A DNA stretch of 64,000 nt, taken from Rhina ancylostomus (Eukaryota). The notes under the pieces were generated by a model. The model did no database searches. It saw only the letters and a program-made list of their open reading frames with translations, and was not told where the DNA came from. The stretch lies in assembly GCA_030265395.1 (NCBI GenBank), contig JARFYF010000052.1, positions 115,350,241-115,414,240 of the forward strand. Reading direction: 5' to 3'. The position numbers were made by a program, and so were the translations under genes. This document shows positions 11,191 through 25,250 of this stretch, piece after piece. The number at the start of each line of letters is the position of its first letter. Position 1 is the stretch's first letter.

Positions 11191-11839
11191 TTTTCATGTC
11201 TTCCAAAATCAATCTTGCTAGCTTTTCATTCGGACACTGGCTGCCTGAAATGGAACAGCATTAATGCCTCTCATCAAGACTGCATCCAAATCAACTTAAA
11301 AAGCAGACCAGGAGATTAAGGACTACATTCAAATGTCACATTGGGTGGTAGAGAACGTAATTCAAGAATTGAGACAATGCAGAGATGCCAAGGACTGCTG
11401 CTGAGGTACATAATACTTGGCTTTGAATCCAGAGCACTGAACTAAATTATTCATTTTCATGACTGTCAACACTCACCCAATGAGAGTAAATAAATGCTAT
11501 GTTTACGTAGCTTCATGACATTTTATTTAAATAATAGAGTTGGTAGTCTGAAAATTGAATGTAAGTGAAGAATATTTTCATTTGTCATATTATCCTTTAT
11601 CTTGCAGCCAAGTAATCTCCATGACACTTAAACAAAACGGGTTGCAGGTCTGTATTTGTTGCAGCAAAGATTGGATAGACCCATGCAGGGAGGGATATGA
11701 GGGATTTTGAAACCATTATGAGGGAAGACTGCCCTACCGTTTACCTCACAGACTGGAAAGAAACATTTTGTATTCTTTACAACAGGGAAGTAAATATTTC
11801 CATTGAAAATTTTAAACTCTGAAGAAAACCGACAGACAT

Positions 11840-12510
11840 TGTAAATGGTTGAGAGCTTCAAGTTCCTAGGTGTAAATATCACCAACAACTTGTCCTGGTT
11901 CAACCAAGTGGATGCTATGGCCACAAAAGCATACTAACACCTGTATTTCTCAGAAGGCTAAGGAAATTTGGCATGTCCCTGATGACTTAACAATTTTTAT
12001 AGATGCACTATAGAAAATATCCTATCCAGATGCATCATAGCTTGGTATCGCAACTGTTATGCCCAAGACCGCAAGAAATTGCAGAGTTGTGAATGCAACC
12101 CAGTCTGTCACGCAAACCAGCCTCCCCTCCATTGACCCCCATCTACGCTTCCCACTGCCTCCAGAAAGCAGCCAACATAATCAAGGATCCCTTCCACCTT
12201 GGTCATTCTCTCTTCTCCCCTCGCCTGTAAAGTAGAAGATAGAAAAGGTTGAAAGCATGTGCCACCAGGCTCAAGGACAGTGTCTATGCTGCTGTTATCG
12301 GATTCTTGAATGGACCTCTCATACACTAAATGATGAACTCTTGATCTTCCAGTCTACCTCGTTGTGGCCCCTGAACTTTATTTGTCTACCTGCACTGTAC
12401 TTTCACCATAACTGTAACACCATATTCTGCATTCTCTTTTCTGGTTGGCATGCAAACAAAAACTTTTCACTGCATCTCAGAGCATGTGACAATAATAAAC
12501 CAATACCAAT
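11840..12510 (+). mobile_element. Rex1/Babar LINE, 5'-truncated
   Basis: VESFKFLGVNITNNLSW..LYFLRRLRKFGM..FYRCTIENILS.CIIAWY motifs and the same CAATAC-type tail as at 8150. Confidence 0.9.
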
Positions 12511-12981
12511 ATAAATACCAATAAATACACAGCAGTTAACATATTCCATAGAATTCCTTGGTTATGCGTCAGATCAAGCAAGTATTGATGAGATACGGTA
12601 GAGATCTTTACCAGTTAGAAGAATTACATTAGAGGCTCATAAGATGATTGCCAGTATAAATATACTATGGGCTCTCTGACAACTCTGTAAGTTTATCCTG
12701 AAAATCACTGAGCCATACAAGGTAGGAAAGTCTGAGACAAGATTCAGGTCTCAACTGAAATTGTCATTAGTATCCCTGGATGCAGAAAGTGAGAATTCAT
12801 CTGGGCCCTTACTTGATTGACAAGATAAAATACCAGAAATAGGAGAAACAACAAGAAACACAATAGGAAAGCAATGAGAGAATTTCAAACAAGAGATACA
12901 CAGGGCTTTGATGAAACATAATCCCAAGGGGAGCAATGGGAGTATAGAAAAGCGGCAAAATACCAGGCCACGATAGCAGAT

Positions 12982-13244
12982 AAGATATCTTTATTAGTCA
13001 CATGTACATCAAAACACACAGTGAAATACATTTTTTTGTGCAGTGTTCTGGGGGCAGCCCACAAGTGTTGCCACGCTTCCGGTGCCAACATCGCATGTCC
13101 ACAACTTACTAACCTGTACATCTTTGGAATGTGGGACGAAACCGGAGCACCCAGAGGAAACCCACGCAGACACAGGGAGAACATACAAACTCCTTACAAA
13201 CAGTGGCTGGACTTGAACCCAGGTCGCTGGCACTGTAAAGCGTT
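12982..13244 (-). mobile_element. V-SINE (5' end lost in gap)
   Basis: Reverse complement of the 10893-11190 family, including the V-core. Confidence 0.92.
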
Positions 13245-15409
13245 NNNNNNNNNNNNNNNNNNNNNNNNNNNNNNNNNNNNNNNNNNNNNNNNNNNNNNNN
13301 NNNNNNNNNNNNNNNNNNNNNNNNNNNNNNNNNNNNNNTATTGCATTTGGAGCAAAAATCTGGAGGGTTTCTAATTTGGCACCTCTGTTCTGGAGAGCAA
13401 CAGGGAAATAAGTCTGTAGAATGGTGAGTTCAATATCTTTAGCTTGACCTACAACACTAGATAAAATCATTGTGCAGTTAGATTGATATAGCTGCTGAGA
13501 ATAACTGGAATATCTGCTGAGAACAAAGGTCCAATTTTGCATAGGAAATGGGGACATACATTGAAAGTTGTTATCAGTTGTAACTAACTCAACCACCTCA
13601 TTATAATTTTACAACATCAATGCTTCGTGTATTGGGCATGGTGTGAAGCTTCATGACTCAATTCACTCTTGTATTTTAAAGGGCCAATCCAGACATGCAA
13701 TGTAGAGTTTAAAGGAGAAGAGAAAGATGAAAAATGAAAAGGTTTCCCACTGTGCTGTGGAGATTAAAAGCAGCTGAAGGTAGACACTATACTCCAGGAA
13801 TACGAGAAAGAAACTTGCATCAGAATTCAAGGATTAAACAGAAAATGGTCCAGGAATAAGCAACAGGTGCAATGCTCCTGGATGCAGTATCAGTAATTGA
13901 ACCAGTGCAGAAAAGTCAAGTGTGGTTAAATATTCACCAACACTTTGCTGTGTTCATCAAACCGGACCATCGCTGTGCCTTCCCAAACATACTCCATCAC
14001 ATTGCTCTTCATGTCAGTTTATCTTCCCATTGCACCCATCTTGATTTCTCTTTGCAAACATTCCATGCTGATCTATTCCTCCACTACTCACACTTACTCA
14101 CACTGACGTAATTTTGTTCTTCTCCTTGATCCCTGTCCTTATCATAGGAACTCCATCCATCAATTGAGAACATCATTATATACACCAAGACATTTATTTT
14201 TTCATTTGTTGCCAGAGAGTATGGTGTTAAGGCCGCTGTTGTCAGGCATACTTGGTAGCTTTGGGCTGATTTGAAAAGATAAAATGACTCTCAAGAGTTA
14301 AAACTCATACTGTAAATTAGAAAGGGCTTAAAATGTTCCTTGTTTTCTCAGTTTCCAATATCAGATTGCTCCACTACTTTTATTTCTTTCCCAGGATGGT
14401 CACTCCCCACCCTCTACTTTCCTCGTATGCTGCAAACAATGTATCTTGCGGTTTGTGAAATTTAAGCCCATTTTTGAAGCCCAATCACACTTGCATAAGA
14501 CCCAACAGCTCAAGAGTTTCAGTCACAGTATTAAATTGTAGGTCTGCCAATTTGTTCTTAATGTTTCTAGCATACAATGTAGATACACTTAATAAAACAC
14601 CCAGATAATTTTCTTGGTTTTTGTACTGTGTCCAAAAAGAGATCTCACTCCAAATCATGCTGCCTCAGCTTGGTCTCACTTTACTTTTGACAGGTACTTA
14701 TTTTGTCTTTTGGCTTGACTTAATAAAACTCTAAGTTCCTTCTTTACACTGACAGCAATAAGCTTTATGAACATAGAGATGAATCCCAGTTTTATAAACA
14801 GATGATGAAATTGATTAATCCAAAGAGCTGGTCACCAGTAGGTAATTCTCTACCTTACTCCTACTCTTTCAACAAAACTCAACATAAACTTGAAGAACAA
14901 CCATTCCTCTTCCAGCTAAGGATATCACAGCTTGTCTGACTTAATATTGAGCTCAACAGTTTCAGATAATTAGCAATTCCAGGTCTTTTTACTCTTCTGG
15001 TAATTGCAGATAAATATGCATCTCACACGTTTTATTTCACTGCTGGGTCAATATTTTTATTTTGCTCTGTCCTAGGCTCCACACAAAGAATAATTCTCTG
15101 TTCTCTCCAGTTTAATGAAGGAGTACCTAAATTTATTCCATCAAAGTGACCCCAGTTGAGTCAGCAGAGAAACATTTCTAACTGACACGAGCCACCCTGC
15201 TATAAGTTGTAGCAAGACATTTACATAGAACCCTTGTCAGTGCAAATATATGGAGCTATGGCAAGGGCAGGAGTGGCTCTGATCTGATTTCTATATTCAA
15301 ATACTGTGACAGTGTTTATCGAGAAAATAATGAATACCTGAGAAAGATAAAGACTGGTGGCCAGGAGCCAAAAGTAAACCAATTGGGAGCTCTTCAGGGA
15401 TTTATTCTT

Positions 15410-15690
15410 GACACAAAATTAGAATACTTCAGATGTTGGAAATTTGAAATAAAACCAGAAAAAGATGAAATACTCAACAGAGCAGCTGGAGTTTATGGAG
15501 AGGGAAACAGTGTTACCATTTCAGATCAATGTCTTGAATCAGAGCTCATCCTTCTTCCCTTCCTCTTGTAGATATGATCTGTGGAGGGAAAGGGAGAACT
15601 CTGTTGTCAATCAAAGAAACTGAGGTCTGACAAAGGCTCTGGTGTTCTTTTCTTGCCTGGCCTGCTGAGTGTTTCCAGCAATTTCTATTT
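15410..15690. mobile_element. Degenerate inverted pair of PLE terminal repeats
   Basis: CAGATGTTGGAAATTTGAAATAAAA..ACTCAACAG at left and CCTGCTGAGTGTTTCCAGCA at right are opposite orientations of the same repeat. Confidence 0.6.
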
Positions 15691-18600
15691 GTTGTCAATC
15701 AAGTAGTCAGAGAGGGAAGCACTTTGCTCAGCAGGGTTGTGGAGGGTGGGGTTTGAATGATCTTCCAGCTCTGTGATGAGATGGCCACGTTACATTGAAC
15801 CAAGATAGTGTTGGCCCTCCTTTTGTTGCTGCTAGTCATCTTAGTCATCATCTAAGGCCAAGATAGATAGTACAAAAATTCTTTGCTCTTCTGCTTTGTA
15901 TTTCCCCAAGTCTGCTTTGTATTTCACATTTGTGACTACCCTTTTGACGTTTTTACACATTCTTATTCATTCCAATGGACATCCTCGCACATTCCCTGAT
16001 TAGGAACTGGAGGACTTGTTCAGCTTCCTAAGTCTGTATTTCAAGGATATGGTTGTTATTTGTTGATCTCTTAACATGTACTTAACACACACTCTTGACC
16101 TTACATCCTCATTTGGCATCATTTCATAAATACTCTGGAATAATTTGTGATGGAAGCCAAAAGAGAGACTGTAGGAGAAGAAACCAGAAAAGCATGAATG
16201 TAGGAGTTGATGTTGGGTTGCTATGCTGAACTCGTCAGGAGCCATGGTGATACACCTATGGTAGCACAAAGCTGTGCTCAGTCAGGGGTGGCTGCTACAC
16301 TTCTTACTGCATCCTCTTCACCACAGGATTCACAGAGAAAAATAAACGTTTTTTCAGAGAGAAACACAGTAGTGAGTTTTTTTTATGTCTGAACTGCACC
16401 ACACTGATACTTTAGCAGGCCCTTCCCATGGATGATGAAAGATTGCTTCTTTTCACGTGGATCAGTGGCTGTCTTTGCCTTGGAAACAGTATCTGCCACG
16501 TGGGAGAGCAATGTGCATTAGCTGACTGTGGGACAGCAGCAAGAGTGGTGAGAGGAGCAATGCTGATATTCTGAAGGAGGACCACACCCTCATCCTCCAG
16601 ATTGCCAAAGGAACACCTCAGGATTGGATATTTCTTTCTATTACTTTCCTGTTTTGGACACTCTTGTTACCCAGCTAACAAATGGGGTTTTCAGGTGATG
16701 TATGTTAGCTGCATGAGGCCAATGGCTTTTCTTCTGTTATCATACATGTAGGCTGGAGAACGTGAAGTGAACTTCAATCCAGTGAATGTTGGTGCATTGG
16801 CTGCCTCATGTTCAGTTACCTCCTCTCCTGTGTTGGCCCTCCTGTTGTTGCTGCTAGTCATCTTGGTCATCATCAAATCCAAAGTAACATAGCAGGAGCA
16901 ATGTCCAAGCTTCCTGATAATGTAGTCTAAAATATAGATCAAAGCCCAAAGCAACAAAGTGACAAATGTTGTAGGAGTAACCTCCAATGAGTGTGAAATA
17001 GCATCTCAGCATGAGTATCGTTAACAAACTCATTCACCAAAGAAGTTGTGAAGTGTCGATATTGGGCATGTTTCCCTGTCTCAGCCTTTCATTGCTGCAG
17101 TTTCCTCACCTTGCTTTCACTGAGAAACTCCAGGAAGCCCAGGAAGCCATAATTAAGTTCCAAATGCGGTGTTAAAATCAGTGTAATTAAGTGATGACCA
17201 CATTGAAATTGACAACTCATTTTTTCTGAGGCCATTCCATGCAAGAAGCCTAAAATTTAAAGCAGAAACTGGCAGGGTGGAACCAGTTTCACCTGAAAGC
17301 AAATAATTACCAATGATGAAATTCTGCACATTGAGCCAATTCAGAAACATTCATTTTTGTATTTCTTGAAAGAAATAAATGGATTTTATTTAGTAAAGAC
17401 CAATTTCCAGTGGATGGTATTGTAATAATATTAATTGTCAGTTAATAAAGATTTCAACCCACACATATCTTAATCACAATTATTTTAATATACAAATTGA
17501 GATAAAAGAGCAATTCAAGTTTAAACAAATTGCCATCAAAATTACTTTGCTGAGAGTCACTTGACAACAGTCAAAACACAAATTTCTTCCTGTAAATTTT
17601 TAATTAAGCCTTAGACAAAATTATAGTCAATTGCTGTCATATTTCTGCATTTAATTCTGGTAAATTACTGATCATAATTTTGACCTAATAAAGTTACTGG
17701 TCTTTTTCTTTAAGTTTGGCATTAATGTAAATTTCAACAATGCTTCTATTTAAATTGTCACTGGGAAAAAAAGACAACACAAAAATATTCTATCCTTACA
17801 TTGCTTTATCTTCTTGACCCTGAGAAAAGTGATTAAGTTTGGGATATAGAAGGGAAATAAGTATTCAGCCATGAATAATGCTGACCCATAATAATTTTAA
17901 GCATGCATGGCTATACTTCTGGAGTTAGCTTAATCATGGCCATGGTGAATTAATAAAGTTAGCTCTGTAATGAAGTTACATGGCTAATTTTATTAAAGAT
18001 ACATTACTTTGATTTTAAAACAGTGTTGTGAATCACTCCAACACAATGAAAATCACATAAAGATCAAAGTCTTCAGTTGCAATTCCTAATTCTTTTGTGA
18101 GTAAATAAGAGCTGTCATTTTTCAAACCAGTGAGGTTGAAGACGTAAAATGGCATCACAGCCAAATCTCACATGTTGCACTGATGTTGATGTCATTTAGA
18201 GGGGGTATTCTCAATGGGAAAAATTATGAGGGCAAATGAAAATCCAACTGAAAAGTCAGGAATCTCATTTCCTTTCAGGTTAAGCCAATATTCAAGTGCC
18301 CAGCATTGTCTTTTAGGGTGCTTGAAAAATTAATTTCCAGGTCCAATGTCAAATTATAGGTTATTCTAGCAGCACCATGGATACCAGAAATGACCAGAGT
18401 AGTAATACATAAAATGTGCTCTCTAGACATCAGTTCCATATAACCAGCTGCTTTTGATTAACCATACCTGATGATTTCGTAATTGTCTTAAACTGTTAGA
18501 TTGGATTGTTAAGCTGAAAAGAATAGGATAATATACATTAAGTAATGGACATACAGTAATGTGTTTAACAAATCTTATATAGATTTGAGTGACTGAATGG

Positions 18601-21600
18601 TGGTATTTGTTGTGGAATAATGCTGTCAGCTGTAATGGGGAGTAGGCAGCTCTGTGAAAGTAGTTAGCCATTTCTTCACAGTTAATTAGAAAAATTTATC
18701 ATCCTTTCTGTAGAAATTATCCTATTAAAAGTGCATATTTTGGAAATTCCAAAGGAAATTCAGCACTAAATTTCAAGGCTATAACACCACTAACTTTTTC
18801 TTGTTTCCATATAGGGTACAACTAAAGGATTTCACCTGTGAAAATAAAGCACATTCCTAACATAATTAGTTTTGAAGATACACCCTTTCTGGCAAAGGAA
18901 ATGGTAAAAATAGAAATATATAGTTTTCACATGCTTTCAGCTATAATCTCCATCCTTGTCCTATCTTGATGTTTATGAACTTACAACTTGAGGACAGGTA
19001 CCAGAGATCAACAGTGTAAAAGTGCAGAAGTCATATTACTTATAGAATCTGAATACCTGGAAAGCTAAACTTGGTCAAAGATGCAGTTTTTATTTGTTTC
19101 TTGTTGCTGAGCTCCTCTACCTCTGTCCTATTGTTAGAAGGTGTTATCATTAAAATATTTTGGTCATAATCCCCTCACAACAGTATTTTTAGAAGAAAGC
19201 CCTAATTCACAGGCAGTGAGTCCATAAACTATAAATGGCAATAGATGATATAATTTCAGAAGCTGCAATAAATGCTTTCAGTCAGCTGAGATGTTTATCA
19301 CAAGGATTTTCTCCTTGACAGAGCCAGTAGATTTGGCTTTGCTTTAATATTTCATAATAAAACATCAATATTATCCACATGAATGTTATTATATTTCATT
19401 AGTATAAACTCACAGCAACAAACAGGGCTGCTTTGCTTACTGAGAGTTCGACCTATTTATGCCTGAGCTTAGCTTTTGGATTTAATGGAGCTGCAACCAA
19501 CAGGGAGAATGAATATGTTAACATAATGAGAAACTTGTCATAACACAATGTCTTGCAGTGAGGTTTAGCTTCAATTTTTTTTCAGGCTCATTTCATGTGC
19601 AGCTTAGGTCCATGTGAAGCTGGCAGCTGTATAGGTGCTGCTGAGTTTAAGAAGCAGTGAAATATTTTTACTACTATTTATTTGAATTCTCCTTTTAGAA
19701 ATGTGTTAAAGATAAAATAATAGATTTTCACTAAGCCCCTTTATATTTAAGTACTCAGGAGGGAGTTGGTGCAGATGAATCTCTGCTACCAAGTGCTCTT
19801 GAGCAGTGAGCTGAGGTTTTACTGAGTTGTGTCTTATTAACCTGCTGGGTCTAAGATTTCTCCCTGCTCTCCAGAGGCAAAGTATAGCTGAACATAAAAG
19901 TGTCTTCCTAATGCTCAGCGATTCAACGAATAAACACAACGTAACAGCATGTGTACACGAGTTACAGCAAGTACAATGTTTCCGTTATCTCTTGCCTTGC
20001 TTTGCTTCGAGCCTGTAATACCAAATACAGGCTTCACTCTAACCATGTGGCTTCCATTGCAAGCTGCAGTGAAATATTTTTGCACAAACTGTATAGTATT
20101 TCCTTTACTTAAATGAATTGGCACCATGGTGGCAATTCATTTCTCTATCCTCCAAGGGCCATTAAGCAGTTGCAGACGAGACGTTTTGAGTTTGCCAGTA
20201 GGAGGTTCACTAGGGAATCCCTATGTTCACTTTAATGATATTTATTGATAGCTCATGTCCTCACATTGAATCTTTCCCTAAACCATCTCAGCTCAGAGCA
20301 GCTGGCAACAGCCAGAGCATGTTTCCAATAGCAACCACAGAAATGCTTCCTTTGAGATTTTTTTCTTTCATTGACCATTTTTCTTTTCAGCCACTGTTTT
20401 TTTCCCTTGGACTTTTCAAGACTTTGAATCCATGCTGCTGCAAACTTTCTTGGGTACTGGGTTATTCTGGTCCCTTGTACAAGTGCACGTTTTATCTGCA
20501 GTGAATGCATTATTGTTACTCATGTGGGATAATGGACAAGGAAATTTCCAACAGTTTAGCTGAAATCCAGACTGAAATAATAGTACCATCACTTTCAGTG
20601 GAAGAAGCTGAGCATGCTCAGTACATTCAGTAACCAAAATGTTCACAGCAGGGTGAAATTAAAGCCAAATAAAGTTAAGTCACATCACTCACCATTTTGC
20701 CACACAATATTTNNNNNNNNNNNNNNNNNNNNNNNNNNNNNNNNNNNNNNNNNNNNNNNNNNNNNNNNNNNNNNNNNNNNNNNNNNNNNNNNNNNNNNNN
20801 NNNNNNNNNNNNNNNNNNNNNNNNNNNNNNNNNNNNNNNNNNNNNNNNNNNNNNNNNNNNNNNNNNNNNNNNNNNNNNNNNNNNNNNNNNNNNNNNNNNN
20901 NNNNNNNNNNNNNNNNNNNNNNNNNNNNNNNNNNNNNNNNNNNNNNNNNNNNNNNNNNNNNNNNNNNNNNNNNNNNNNNNNNNNNNNNNNNNNNNNNNNN
21001 NNNNNNNNNNNAAATGCCTGCAGCTTAAATCTTTATGTTCTGAATGCCAGCTCCAGTTCACCCAGCATATTGGTGGAAAAATAACCTCCTAAAATAGCAT
21101 GAGTACAGGCACCAGTATAAATGCAATACAAATGACTCGAGGAATAAAAGGATGAAATTTCACCAGAATGCCAGAAGCATTGGGAACTAAAGCTCCTTTG
21201 CAATGCTAATATTGTATTGATGCAATGAATGGAAAAGGTGTCCCACAATATTTTGTCATACAGTACACCAGCTGTAAAAGTAATTTTCCAGTCAGATTCT
21301 AGTGCTAAATATAATAAAGTAGAAGGGGTGAAAATGACAGGACCACAAAATCTTATTAATCTTTTGAGTACTCAATGTATTTTGCAGCTTTCAAAATATG
21401 GCTTGTCTCTGACAGAACAGCTGAAAAAACCATTCTGGTATATTTCCAGTGCAAGGTATAATAAAGTAGAATTTGAGAAGTGCAAGGAATCTAGCAACAT
21501 GTCTTACCTCATCGCATCCTCTGACAAAAACAATAAATTACAATCCTGTTAATTTTGTGTAAAAATGTGACTTCAGCCTCAAATAGTTAACTCAATAGTT

Positions 21601-21944
21601 TCTTTGAAAATAGAGAGAATATTAGTGTCATTTACCATTTACTTTGGCACAGAAATGACACTCAATCCTCAGAGGGTTAAACTACACAAATGCAAACTCT
21701 TTATGTACTCGACGGAAACATAAATGTTGGCAATAAGTGAAATCATTAAGAGCTGTACAGGAAAATTGGAGTTATCGTGATAAATTGTGTTCATCCCAAG
21801 AGCATGGCAAATATTACTCAACAACACATAAAAGTTTTGGAACATTAAAAAATGATGCTGAAAAATAATTTGCACATTTTAGAAACTTTTCAATGGTGAG
21901 ACATATTTAAAGAAACACTGTGTGCCACAAGAGATGCCAATTAA

Positions 21945-23000
21945 ACAATGGTACAACAAAGAAATAGGCCATGTTGCCTATCATTCCCATCCAAAAAAAA
22001 TCCTGCACCCTTGCTCTTTCTCCAGACTCCTGTAAATTATTTTCCTTCAATTTCTTATGAATTCAGTGTTAAAAATAGCTCTTGAATCTCATTTCTCCGC
22101 TCTTTCTGATGCTGATAGGAACAGTCTGTTGTATTTTTTTCTCTCATGACACCTAACAGTGGGTGGTAGAATGGAGAGTGACAATATAAGCTAAAAGGTC
22201 CCATTTTACAGAGGTCACAGAAGCTGACAGCCTTGGTGCATGTAAAAACAGAGTTCAAACTTAGTAGGACAAGATGGAAAAGCATACAGGATATTTATCT
22301 TTATAAACAGTGACATGGCAAAGAAGCTATATACTAAATCCTTACTTAGAGAGGAATGCCAAGGATGACATGCATCCCATCTGGACTTTTATACTTTGAT
22401 TACTGTTGATGTTTTAAATGTGCTTTTATTTATTACTATCCGATATATCTACTACCTTCTCCATTACTGTGACAGCATCTCCTTTAATAAAGACAGCAGC
22501 AATGTACCTGCTTGGTTCCTTGGATATGCCCACAACCTCCATAAGAAAATCACCCCTTCTTTGTACAATTGGCCCAACTTTCATGCTAATTTCATTCTTT
22601 TTATACATTAATAACATAATTTTGGGCTCCCATTTACTTTATCTTATAATATATTCCTATACTCCTGCTTTGCCCTTTTATTTCATTTTCAATTTTCCTC
22701 TACATTGTCTGTATTTAACTTAATAATCTTTTGTATAATAAATTTAATTGTCTTCAGCAGTTTCAACTTTCTATTTCATTCTGTCATTCAGGAATGTCAA
22801 GCTGGGGATCCTTTATTTCCCATCAAGTTCTCTCCTCGTTGATGTTTGCGCATTTCTTTGATTAATCCGCCAGTCTTTGATTTCAAATCGCCCAAGCCTG
22901 TTCATTTCCCAGCTCAGTAAAATTAGTTCCTTCACCACACATGAAAGTATTTTCACCTTGAAGTCTTCTCCAAAACTGTTCTAAATCTGATGATAATACA
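21945..23000. mobile_element. Cluster of highly decayed CR1 fragments in both orientations
   Basis: Tail-like ACAACAAAGAAATAGGCCAT at ~21955, a plus-strand ORF2-like segment at ~22170-22360 and pyrimidine-rich minus-strand ORF2-like sequence after it. Confidence 0.45.
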
Positions 23001-23029
23001 ATGACTAATTTCTGACTTGGTCCCGAGAA

Positions 23030-23390
23030 AATCTTTTAAAATTATTGTTCATCTGTGGGATGCAGTTAACACTGGGAAAGTGGCAGCAGACAGAATTCTT
23101 AAAGATATTTATACTGCTGAGTTGGAAGTTCCAGGATTTGGACCCAGCAAAAATGAAGCAAGAGTCTTGTTATATTTCCAAGTTGGGATGCCGTGTGTCT
23201 TGGAGACAGACTGACAGGTGTTGCCTTTTGCCTTCTGTACTCGCCCTTGCAAATGTGAGTAATCCTGGTGATATCAGAGAATCCTTGGCAAGACACGACA
23301 GTGTATTTTACAGATGGGACACACTACAGCCCTGGAGGTGGAGGGAGTGTTTAGGATGGTGGATAGTGTGCCAAGCAAACAATCTGCTCC
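23030..23390 (-). mobile_element. CR1-group LINE 3' relic (YKMH family)
   Basis: AGAAATCCTTGG..CAGTGTATTTTACAGATGGGACACACTACAGCC is homologous to 5620-5700 and to the reverse complement of 63240-63330. Confidence 0.6.
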
Positions 23391-24069
23391 ATAGAAGCAT
23401 TTTTTCAGAAACGTCTGTCTCTCCTGCTATCAACTTTCTGATAGTCACTGTAGTCCAACACTTCATCTGAAAACCCCAGTGGAGCTTCTGCAAGTTTTGT
23501 TCATCATTGATGCTCAATAACATCCTTTTGGAATAAGTTATCCACCCAGCTGAGTACTTCCTGGTTACTTCTCACCTCCGCTTGCAGTGCTTGCACATCT
23601 TGCAGACCTTCCCACTCATCGCCCTCATCTTTCTCTAGGTGGTTCATGTCAGGAGGAAGGAGGTTGTGACCCTGGGAGCCGCAATCCCATAATATGGCAA
23701 GGCTATCAACAGAATCGTGAAATTGGATATTTACCGATCAAGTGACCCTATCTCCCAAACTTTGGGCTTCCATGTCAGTGCACTCAAAATTCCTTTCTTA
23801 TATCCTTGGACATCATTTGATTATTACAAATCCTAAGAACTCCCCCAATGCTCAGAGAACTCCTTCTTATCTCCTGCAAGTTTGTATACCTCCTGCAGGT
23901 TTGTAATGAGTCTGATATCCCTTCTCCCTAACTGCAGCTTTCTGCTTTTAAGCAGGCATCTTGACACTAAGCTAAAATACTCAAGAACACAGTATTCAAT
24001 GCTAAAAATAAATGTAGCATCAGATATACCAAATTATTTGCAATCTACTTGCTGCTATCATTTCTTTTT

Positions 24070-24580
24070 TGTGCATTTCTAGTGTGTATGGGTCATGGGC
24101 AAAGCCAGTATTTATTATTCATCCCTAATTACCTCTGTAAAAAGGTAAAGAGCCATCTTGAACTGCGCTCTCTTTCTGGTGAAGGGACTCCCACAATGAT
24201 ATTGAGTGGAGAGCTCCAGGATATAAACCTAACAACGAGTAACCAGTGCATTTTGTGGAGCAAGATGGAGGGAATTAGTGGTTCGGATGGCTGTTGTGCT
24301 GCAGTAGTTACATGCCAGTTATCACCCCATGCCTGAAAGTTTTTAGGTCTTGTTGCATACAATTACAGATCAGATCATTTGCCAAGAAGTTGCAAATGGA
24401 ATTGAACATTGAGCAATTATTAGTGAACATCCTACTTCTGACACAATGCAAGGTAGAGTAGCTCATTGATAAAGCCCCTGAAGACAGGAAACTTCAGTGG
24501 AGATTCCTGCAGTGACATCCTGCGGCTGGGATGACTGACCTCCAATAATCACACTTTCCTCTGTGTGAGGTATGATTCCA
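24070..24580 (-). mobile_element. CR1-group LINE 3' relic
   Basis: GGCAAAGCCAGTATTTATTATTCATCCCTAATTACCTCT..AAGG is the reverse complement of the 3' end at ~59490-59535. Confidence 0.6.
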
Positions 24581-24759
24581 TTCACATCCAAATACCTTCA
24601 CGAACCGTTACAAATTCCAGGAACTGCCCCAGTGCTCTTAGAATTCCCTACAGCAAAGTATCTTTCTTGCTAATTTCTTGTGAGTTTGAATCCTTTCTTC
24701 TCAAATGCATCTTTCAGGCATTTACAAATGGCTACTAAATTACTGTATCTTTTCTTCAG

Positions 24760-25250
24760 TCTGCTTTGCAATCTCTTCCAGAGGTAAAGTGTACGGTTTA
24801 GGAGTCTGGTGTTGCTCATATAAATGATATGTTCTATCCAATGTAATCAGCTGAGTGTAACCAGAGCTGGGAAAGGGTGTTGAAGTTGGTTTACTTATCT
24901 TTCAAGTGAATTTGGAGGATTTTGAAGAGACAGCTTTGGTGATATTTTTCTAGTGCCTTGAGATGCTTGCTGTCAGTAGTCCAGGTCTCAGAAGCTATGA
25001 GTTGGTAGACCATGAGTTTTGTGCTAAGTCTCCAATCTTGATTGACAGGAAAACAATCCAAGGATATGCTCAAAGTTTCCTTGAAGAAATGTAACATCTC
25101 CACTGAGTCCTGGGACTACCTCACAAATTATCCATCCACACGTCATAAGCCATCTGTGGAAGAGTCGGCAGTTCCCACATTGGCTTCATCAGCCACCTCA
25201 GAACCCCAATGCCGGAGTGGAAGCAAGACATCCTTGATCCTGAGAAACTG
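24760..25250. mobile_element. RTE LINE with inverted 5' segment (24760-25043 minus, 25044-25250 plus)
   Basis: Minus segment encodes STKLMVY..ASETWTT..HLKALEKYHQ..KILQIH. Plus segment encodes KDMLKVSLKKCNI. Both align by eye to the RTE copy at 2240-2840. Confidence 0.8.

Noticed and set aside
11628-11924. 98-aa minus-strand ORF
   Set aside because: The first third is antisense Rex1 and the remainder has no recognisable homology.
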